From Vulcanimicrobiota bacterium (lineage in GTDB: Bacteria > Vulcanimicrobiota > Xenobia > Xenobiales > JADMJV01): a stretch of 64,000 nt of DNA. Positions 57,972-64,000 of this stretch are shown here, one piece after another. Each line of letters starts with the position of its first letter. Position 1 is the first letter of the stretch. The DNA lies in assembly GCA_050250895.1 (NCBI GenBank), contig JBFWNU010000008.1, forward strand, positions 305,397-369,396, written 5' to 3'. Under the pieces are notes generated by a model that did no database searches, was not told the DNA's origin, and was given only the letters and a program-made list of their open reading frames with translations. The translations under genes and the position numbers were made by a program.

Positions 57972-58003
57972 GGTTCCTCCTGGGAGCTAGTCTTCGGGAG
58001 GGC

Positions 58004-58517
58004 CTACTTATCGGTGCCGTGCGGCGGTTCCTTCAGGCTGGCCCGACACTCGCCAAAGCCGACCCCACGGTGGCCGCCGCGAAAGACCAGGGTATCGCCG
58101 TCTTCGAGAAAGACTCGCCATGATTGGAGCGCGGGCCGGCCACCCGATAGGGTTTCGAGGGCCTCCATCGCATCGCCGGTGCTGGATGTCGCGGGTGCTC
58201 CTGGGCCTCGGGCGGGGGGGAGCGCTTGGCCGGGTCGGGTGCGCCCTCGCACCACAAAGCCCGTCTTCAACGCGAAGTCGAGTCTCTGGCTCACCACCAG
58301 CACTTGACCGCGCGGGCGTAGCACCGCTTGGCCGCTGGACTGCAGGCTCGAGCAACGACCGTGATAGCACAGGTGGCGTCAGTTGGGGTTGAGGGCCCGC
58401 TCGGGCCCGCCGAACATGATGTCTACGTTGGTGGCGTGTTCGAGGCTAAACGCCGTAGGGCAGGTTGGCCTTCGAGAAGGGATGGTCTGGAGCGACGGGC
58501 CGGAGTATCCCTTCCAT
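58004..58517 (-). pseudogene. fahA: Heavily deleted fumarylacetoacetase relic
   Basis: Collinear FAH fragments in several frames: FSKANLPYGV, SLEHATNV.IMF.G...ALNPN*RHL.YHGR.SS, RPRGQ, LDF.L..GFVV, STRDIQ, MEALE, TLSG, FLEDGDT and GFGEC. Confidence 0.85.
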
Positions 58518-58594
58518 AAGTCCGTCCCTTAGCCGGCTGTGGCTTGGGGTGGCGAGACTGCGTGGCTGAGGGCAAGCCAGCGCGGGTCCGAGCG

Positions 58595-58603
58595 TGGTAT
58601 ACT
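58595..58603 (+). promoter_or_regulatory. Extended -10 promoter (TGgTATACT)
   Basis: Near-consensus element ending 5 nt before the 5' arm of the predicted structured RNA. Confidence 0.6.
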
Positions 58604-58608
58604 CGATC

Positions 58609-58740
58609 GGTGGGTCAGGGTCCGGAGGGCTTTGAGAACCCTCGCGGAATGCTCGGTGAGGCCTGCAAGAGGTGGATTCGTTCTTCCGCGAATTTGGAGG
58701 AGATACGGCCGTGTGGTGCCCAAATCGGACCTGGACCATC
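58609..58740 (+). ncRNA. Predicted four-way-junction structured RNA (family unknown)
   Basis: P1 58609-24/58726-40, P2 58625-29/58639-43, P3 58644-49/58684-89 and P4 58692-97/58720-25 abut with 0-2 nt linkers; promoter immediately upstream. Confidence 0.5.
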
Positions 58741-59091
58741 TTAGCTGATCACGACGGCAACATTGGGTGTGCCGTTTCGGCATGACCTTCCTGAGGTGCT
58801 CGAACCTCGCGAAGAGGCCGAGAACCTCGGCAAACTCCGCCGGGCAGACGGCGGCGCCTTCCCGGACATGGTCCCCCGGGGGATTTTAAAAAAAGACTTC
58901 TCCAACTCGCTCAAACCGACCCGAAGCGATGTGGGACCCAATTCGCCCCGCTCACCCGCCTGAACGCCCCTCTGAGGGCATACGCCAAGAATTCTGAAAA
59001 TCTCGTCATTTGACCTGAATCAAAGCCGGGACATCATCTCTCAGGCGAGAGTGAAACGCCGTAACCAAGCCGTTTGGGCTTGTTCGATCTT

Positions 59092-59121
59092 TTGCCCGAA
59101 CAGGCCGATTCTCGGTAAAAT
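59092..59121 (+). promoter_or_regulatory. Sigma70-like promoter of the HNH gene (leaderless), overlapped by inverted repeats
   Basis: TTGCCC-N18-TAAAAT, 6 nt before ATG 59128; palindromes GGCTTGTTCG/CGAACAGGCC and CCGATT/AATCGG. Confidence 0.55.
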
Positions 59122-59127
59122 CGGAGT

Positions 59128-60258
59128 ATGAAACCTCTTCAAGCATACACTCGCGAAGCTCTCCTCGAATTCGAACCCCAAGCTCTTCACCACATGGCTA
59201 CCCGCGCATCGACGGGCCTCGTCATCCACCGCATCATCCTGGGCCGATGCCTATTGGCTCTTCAGGCCACCGGCGGTTACCAGGACTTTGGCTGCAGCGG
59301 CCCCATTCACTACGCCATCCGGGTGTTGGGCGTGACCAAGAAAGAGGCCAACGCCTGCCGCCGCGTGGCCCGCCAGCTCGAAGCCCTACCCGCCCTCACG
59401 GCCGCCGCCGAAGCGGGCGACATCGGCTGGGCCAAACTGCGCGAGATCGCCAGCAAAGCCACTCCCGAAACCGAGCTGGTCTGGCTCGAGTTGGCCTCGC
59501 TCTACAGCACCTCCGTCATTCGCCGCCTGGTGGCCACCACTCCCAAAGGCGGCCTGCCCGGCGAGCGGCCGCCGACCGAGGTCGAGAGCGAAGAGATCAC
59601 CTTGCACCTCGACCCAGAGACGAGCGAGTTGCTCCGGCTCGTTCTGCACTCGCTTTCGCTCGAGTTGGGTCGTAAGGTCGAACTCAAAGAGGCCCTGGCT
59701 CTACTGCTGGCCCAACGCTTGCAAATCGCGCCCGTGACCGAGAAAGATCTCCAGGAACTTCGCGCCAAAGCCGCCGCGGTGGCGGCCTCGCACCAGCGCA
59801 AACTGGCCGGACCCATCCGCAAAGCCCACGAACTGGCTCAAGAGTTGGGCGTTCGTCCCCTGGGGGACGAGTTCTTTATGGCCACCACGGCGGTCGACGG
59901 CGAAGCGTGCCCGGGTAATCCGGGCGTCGAACTGGCCTGTCGCGCCGAGCCCCACTGGGAGGTTCCAGCTAACCTCAGCTTCAACCCCGACGCCCGCGGA
60001 CTGACCCCGGCCCAGACCGAAGCCCTCAAGATTCGTGACTGCTACTGTTGCCAGACTCCCGACTGTCCAAACCATATCTGGCTTCAATCCCACCACATCC
60101 GCTTCTTTGCCCTGGGCGGCCTGACCGTGCCCGCCAACCTGATCTTCCTCTGCACCGGCTGCCATCGCAACGTGCACGACGGCTTTCTCATCATCAAGGG
60201 GACGGCGCCCGACGGCTTGACCTTCTGGGACCGCTATGGCCGGCAATTCGAGGGTTGA
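59128..60258 (+). CDS. HNH endonuclease with a DUF222-like helical N-terminus
   Basis: RDCYCCQTPDC, HHI...GG.T...NLI.LC..CH..VH; N-terminal AR.LE.LP....A...GDIGWAKLREI. Confidence 0.9.
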   Translation: MKPLQAYTREALLEFEPQALHHMATRASTGLVIHRIILGRCLLALQATGGYQDFGCSGPIHYAIRVLGVTKKEANACRRVARQLEALPALTAAAEAGDIGWAKLREIASKATPETELVWLELASLYSTSVIRRLVATTPKGGLPGERPPTEVESEEITLHLDPETSELLRLVLHSLSLELGRKVELKEALALLLAQRLQIAPVTEKDLQELRAKAAAVAASHQRKLAGPIRKAHELAQELGVRPLGDEFFMATTAVDGEACPGNPGVELACRAEPHWEVPANLSFNPDARGLTPAQTEALKIRDCYCCQTPDCPNHIWLQSHHIRFFALGGLTVPANLIFLCTGCHRNVHDGFLIIKGTAPDGLTFWDRYGRQFEG

Positions 60259-60430
60259 CGAGGCTTCGCCAGAGGGGAGCGAGGCCTGTGGCCTCGAGAG
60301 GGGAGCTGGGCTAGACCCAGAGATGGGAGCGAGGCTGCGCCTCGGGATGGGAGCGAGCCTCGCTTCGCTACGGCTCGAGTTCTGGAGATACTCGACGCTG
60401 CGCGTCGTACCCTGGCGCGGCTTCGCCGCT
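60259..60430. repeat. Mini-array of constant RGAKGGGAG linkers separating variable hairpins
   Basis: GGGAG at 60275, 60301, 60325 and 60349, each directly followed by a perfect 5-7 bp hairpin of differing sequence; two more hairpins to 60430. Confidence 0.75.
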
Positions 60431-60563
60431 CGAACGATTACGGCCACGGACGCCTCGCCGAGATCGTCTGCCGCGAAATCGGGGCTAGGCGCGATGACAC
60501 CTTTCTGGGCCTCGGGGAATCACGAAGGCAACGATAAGCGGCTCTACGAGGTAAAGATCGTCA

Positions 60564-61996
60564 GTGGTGGAGACGGTCGGTGCTGGCACGCCGGAGGTCA
60601 AGAAGGGCACCAGCGTTGGAACCGCCACCACGGTGCGGATGTATGGCTACGATGAGTCGGACAACCGCATCACCGTGGATTTCCAGGATCTTTCGCCTCA
60701 AGAAGTCCATACCTTTGCCTACAACAAGAACGACGAGCTGACATCGCGCTCCGTGGCGGTTGGCGGAGGGTCTTCCGATCTGGTGGAGTCGTTCTCTCAC
60801 GACAATGACGGGAACATGATCACTCGGGTCCTCGATCCGAATGGAACCCCAACGACGACCAAATACTATTGGGACGACTTCGACCGCCTGGCGGCTGTCG
60901 AGAAGCCCGACGGGACCACGGTCAACGTCTACGACTCCGGCAACCTGCGCAAGAAGAAGGTGCGCGACGACGGGGTGAAGCTCAAGAGCTTCTACTCCGG
61001 CTTGCCGACGGTCTCCGAGGTCGACGGCTCCGATGTCTTCAGCTACTTGATGGGGCACCAGTTGCTGGGCTTCCAGAAGGGCAGCGACTTCTACTACTTT
61101 CTAACCGATGGGCTGTCCTCGGTTCGGGTCATGGTTAAGGCCTCGAACGGAGCGACCTCGAACTTCCTCCACGATGAGTGGGGGGTGAAGGACCCGAGTT
61201 CCGACTCGGACAGCCCCTACGTGGGTGGCCTGGGCGTGCACGACGACACGGCCGACACCGGCTTGCTCTATATGCGGCAGAGGCACTACGACCCGACCTT
61301 GGCCAGGTTCTTGAGCAGGGACCGGGTGGCGAATTTGAATCGGTATGCCTATGTGGACAGTAGCCCCCTCAGCCGAGTCGACCCGACGGGGCTCGATGGC
61401 CTTTCCACTGCCATTGCCGTAGGGCGGGCTCTCGCCCCAATCGCACGCGCAGGAGAGGCGGGTGTAGACACCTTTATTGCTGCGCCTGGACCTCCACAAG
61501 CCAAGCTCGGTGCGGCTCTCCTGGCTTTTGCCTATGCTCTTGGACTAGGAGCATTGGCATCGGGGCCGCCGACCAACGGGAGCGTTTCGCCCGACCCAAG
61601 CGACCGTCGTGGTGACGGATGGATCAGGAGTCTGCAGTCAAAGGACTGGCTAGACTGCCCCGAACCTGATCCGATGGACCCCGAGCCTGACGTTCTGTAC
61701 AGGCACCCCAAAGGATGGGAGGGACCGAGCCGATTGCAGAACCAGGCGAATGAGGGATACAAATTCTATGGAGTCTTCGGCCCTTCCGCGACAACGAAGC
61801 CTCTCCCAGGGTGGGAGGACGACATGGCGATAACGACTCGAGGGCGATTGGAGGCCGCAGGCTTCAGAGTCGTAAAACGGGCGCTTCCTTTCACTACACC
61901 ATCAACCTCCGCTCCTATCCCACAGTGACGGAGGAGGTTACTACGCGTTTCAACGAAGCTTGGGGTAGGACGCGAGGCCGCCCCGGAAGGAGGTAG
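60564..61996 (+). pseudogene. Orphan Rhs core plus C-terminal toxin domain, 5'-truncated and with a 1-nt frameshift near 61875
   Basis: YD-like repeats, TDGLSSVR, DEWG, GLLYMRQRHYDP...RFLSRD and NRYAYV..SP..RVDPTGL; the toxin tail continues in the -1 frame to TAG 61996, abutting the next gene. Confidence 0.8.
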
Positions 61997-61998
61997 AG

Positions 61999-62334
61999 TT
62001 GGAATTGACAGGACTTATCCAGAAAGAACTCTCTAGGTTTCGAGTTGAGGAAGCGGCGCAAGCTTGCAAGAAATGTATGATCAACCCCACTCCTGAGATT
62101 AGAACTTGTCCATTCACGGGGGAACCCGTGGATATCAAAGTTGTGGCAAATTTATCTCCTGTTCAAGTCATGGCATATCGGCGCCTGGAAAACGGGCACA
62201 GGTGGGGACTGCTTATGCCGAACGAGGACGACCTTCAGACTAGCAACTACTGGTATAGCTCGGTAGAGGACGCCTTTTATAATTCCATGGCGTGGCGGGG
62301 AGAACTGCCACTGGACTACACAATCGAGACCTGA
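61999..62334 (+). CDS. Putative cognate immunity protein
   Basis: 111 aa, lower GC, TTG start with SD GGAGG embedded in the toxin 3' end; WYSSVEDAFY motif. Confidence 0.7.
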   Translation: MELTGLIQKELSRFRVEEAAQACKKCMINPTPEIRTCPFTGEPVDIKVVANLSPVQVMAYRRLENGHRWGLLMPNEDDLQTSNYWYSSVEDAFYNSMAWRGELPLDYTIET

Positions 62335-62345
62335 AACGCCACCGG

Positions 62346-62389
62346 GGCGCTGGCGAGCGCCCTTTGCCCAAAGGGCGCTCGCCAGCGCC
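62346..62389. repeat. Perfect 21-bp inverted repeat (REPIN-like doublet)
   Basis: GGCGCTGGCGAGCGCCCTTTG-CC-CAAAGGGCGCTCGCCAGCGCC; each arm is self-complementary. Confidence 0.85.
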
Positions 62390-62885
62390 GCGGGACGTGA
62401 GCAAGGACTGCAACGGAGAAGGGCGTGACCGTCGCTGAAGGGCGCTCGGGCGCAGTTCTCAGACCACGTCCACCCATATCAGAACTGCGCGCGAAAGGAG
62501 CCGCGCCCGGGGGCGACGGCTCAGCGACCCCCTCCGCGAGAGAAGGCCTAACCAGGGGGGGGCACTTCTCCGTCGCCGCCCCCAATTCATCGCCCCCACG
62601 GACACGGCGATTTCACCCGGACGGAGTGGGCGATTTCTCGCAACTTCCGCTCGGAAGACCAGCCCCCGCGGCCTCATCGTAGCTGTGCTTGGAGCGTGGC
62701 CGGGACGAACGCTTGGGTCAAGGCCTGATGCCGCCCGGGCCGCGAAGGTTCTCCGTGAGATTTTCCCGAGTTCCGTTCTGGCCTCTCCCTTTAGGTCAGA
62801 ACCGCTACGCGCCATTCTTAGCGTTCTTCGCGCTAGGCGTATAGTGCTCCGTAGTCCGGGCGAGGAAGCCGGTAGACCTCGGTGG

Positions 62886-62916
62886 AAAAAGAAAAAGCCC
62901 CGGCTTTCGCCGGGGC
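62886..62916 (-). terminator. Rho-independent terminator, copy 1
   Basis: Minus strand GCCCCGGC-GAAA-GCCGGGGC-TTTTTCTTTTT. Confidence 0.85.
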
Positions 62917-63120
62917 GTTAGGTCCAATGGTATGTTCTTTAGGCGACCTCTCACTTCGGCGGATACGCTAGGATTTGGTTGGTGAGCTTCGCGCTCAAGG
63001 TCCATTTTGGCGGCCCGCCAGGGCCGGCCGTCGAGTGAGGGATCGCATTTCCTGAACAGGCAAGAAGCGAGGCCTATAGTGTTTCGCAGTGGGCACGAGG
63101 AGGTCCGGAAACCTCGGTAG

Positions 63121-63151
63121 AAAAAGAAAAAGCCCCGGCTTTCGCCGGGGC
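63121..63151 (-). terminator. Rho-independent terminator, copy 2
   Basis: Identical hairpin and U-tract, about 60 nt downstream of the DUF983 gene. Confidence 0.88.
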
Positions 63152-63213
63152 GTTAGGTCCAACCAATGCTCATCTCACTGAGGAAACTTTACCGCCCTGG
63201 CGTCACAAGAGCG

Positions 63214-63627
63214 TTAAAGATTGCGTCGCAACCCGGTCAGCAGGTAGACGAAGGCCACCCAGATGCCTTTCATGTTGCGAAAGAAGCCAAACAGAAAGAA
63301 AGCGGTCAGTCCGAGATAGAGGGCCAGCAGGGCCTCGGGACTCAGGTTCAGATAGGCGTAGGCCAGCAGCACCAGCACGATGGTAGGCAGCAGGGTCAGG
63401 AAGTAGCCGACGGCAATGACGCCGGGACTGTCGCCTTCATAGGGCTGGAACTTGATCCGGCAGACGGGGCAGCGCTCGCGAATGCCAAAAAAGGTCTCGA
63501 ACATGGCGCCTTGCTCACAGCGAGGGCAGTGGCAGCTTGCTCCGACCCAGAAAAGCTTCTTGAACCAGTAGCCGATCAGAGCAAAGCCGCCCTGAGGACG
63601 ATCCTTCCAGGTTTCCCATTGGCTCAT
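63214..63627 (-). CDS. DUF983 family zinc-ribbon membrane protein
   Basis: CPRCEQG.MF...F...ERCPVC...GD.P, two TMs and KG.W; start ATG 63627. Confidence 0.82.
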   Translation of the reverse strand: MSQWETWKDRPQGGFALIGYWFKKLFWVGASCHCPRCEQGAMFETFFGIRERCPVCRIKFQPYEGDSPGVIAVGYFLTLLPTIVLVLLAYAYLNLSPEALLALYLGLTAFFLFGFFRNMKGIWVAFVYLLTGLRRNL

Positions 63628-63666
63628 AAGAGCGGATTCCGCGGGCGGCGGGCAGAACCTGCCGCT

Positions 63667-63894
63667 ATGGTGACCGCCATCATTCCCGCTCACGGCCGGG
63701 TCGAGCTTTTGCGAAGAGCCATCGACTCGGTCCTGTCTCAGCGCGATTGCGAGCTAGAATTGGTGTTGGTTGACGACGGCTCGGGGCTCGAGTTGACGGG
63801 ACCTTACCAACTGGTGGTGCAAACCCAGCAGGGCCCGGGGCCTGCTCGCAACCTGGGGGCTCGCCAGGCCAGGGGTGATGTGCGACAATTATAA
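63667..63894 (+). pseudogene. Glycosyltransferase family 2, N-terminal fragment (interrupted)
   Basis: IIPAHGR..LL.RAIDSVLSQ, VDDGS and GP..ARNLG...ARG, then a stop before the expected FLDxDD motif. Confidence 0.82.
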
Positions 63895-64000
63895 GTACCG
63901 GCGGAACGACAACTAGAATCACCCACCGCTGTTCCTTTTCAAGTAGCGAGCGCTTGATTGCCGTCGGATGAAGTCCCCATGGTTTCAGATCGACAGTTCA
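63876..64000. mobile_element. Probable IS21-like transposable element end
   Basis: Abrupt GC drop; starts TG; two sub-terminal repeats CGACAATTATAAGTACC (63883) and CGACAACTAGAATCACC (63907), 13/17 identical, the second ending CCCACC. Confidence 0.6.

Larger units (their letters stand above)
62835..63162. repeat. Two direct repeats of about 93 nt, 235 nt apart
   Basis: 62876-62927 matches 63111-63162 at 51/52 positions; weaker similarity extends left to AGGC.TATAGTG (62835 and 63070). Confidence 0.92.

Noticed and set aside
56460-58307. 615-aa plus-strand ORF and similar long antisense ORFs (21448-22923, 32943-34193)
   Set aside because: Antisense shadows of well-supported genes, expected at high GC.
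58379-58381. TGA read as Trp or Sec (alternative genetic code)
   Set aside because: TGA ends many intact genes here (e.g. pheT, MacA-like), and the same relic has frameshifts and deletions.
58609-58740. SAM-I, cobalamin riboswitch, 6S RNA or tRNA identity for the four-way RNA
   Set aside because: No AUC..GAG/GCAAC SAM core, no B12-box or ACUG, too short and branched for 6S, and no T-loop or anticodon geometry.
61868-61880. Programmed -1 ribosomal frameshift in the Rhs tip
   Set aside because: No X-XXY-YYZ heptamer or clear stimulatory hairpin; mutation or sequence error is simpler.
62546-63158. Integron attC sites (GCCTAAC ... GTTAGGT)
   Set aside because: Core sites are too far apart or unpaired, there are no L boxes, no integrase is seen, and the hairpins are U-tailed terminators.
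63154-63174. Trp attenuator leader peptide (MSIGWT)
   Set aside because: Single Trp codon, no SD, no trp genes downstream, and the second repeat copy lacks a start codon.

Overview
High-GC bacterial chromosomal segment of about 55 genes, with no rRNA, tRNA, cas genes or true CRISPR array seen. My impression from the pilin-like and CxxNL..CP domains and the HNH family is a Ca. Eremiobacterota/Xenobia-like lineage, which is inference only. Content: a FAD oxidoreductase, M48 peptidase, SWIM/DUF6493-like pair, JmjC plus BpsA-like pair, a transporter-HEAT-cNMP fusion, two-component genes, a HEPN/MNT pair, an archaeal/eukaryotic-type pheS-pheT operon, two type IV pilin/T2SS minor-pilin clusters, a MacAB-like exporter and assorted metabolic genes. 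The last 6 kb is an accessory, structure-rich zone. It holds a skeletonised fumarylacetoacetase relic, a predicted ~132-nt four-way-junction RNA with its own extended -10 promoter, an HNH nuclease followed by a constant-linker/variable-hairpin mini-array, a frameshifted orphan Rhs toxin with its immunity gene, duplicated terminator/sRNA-like units, and a glycosyltransferase cut by a probable IS21-like end. A 41-nt hairpin tandem array resembling CRISPR repeats but lacking spacers follows pheT. All family calls come from motif recognition by eye; no searches were run.
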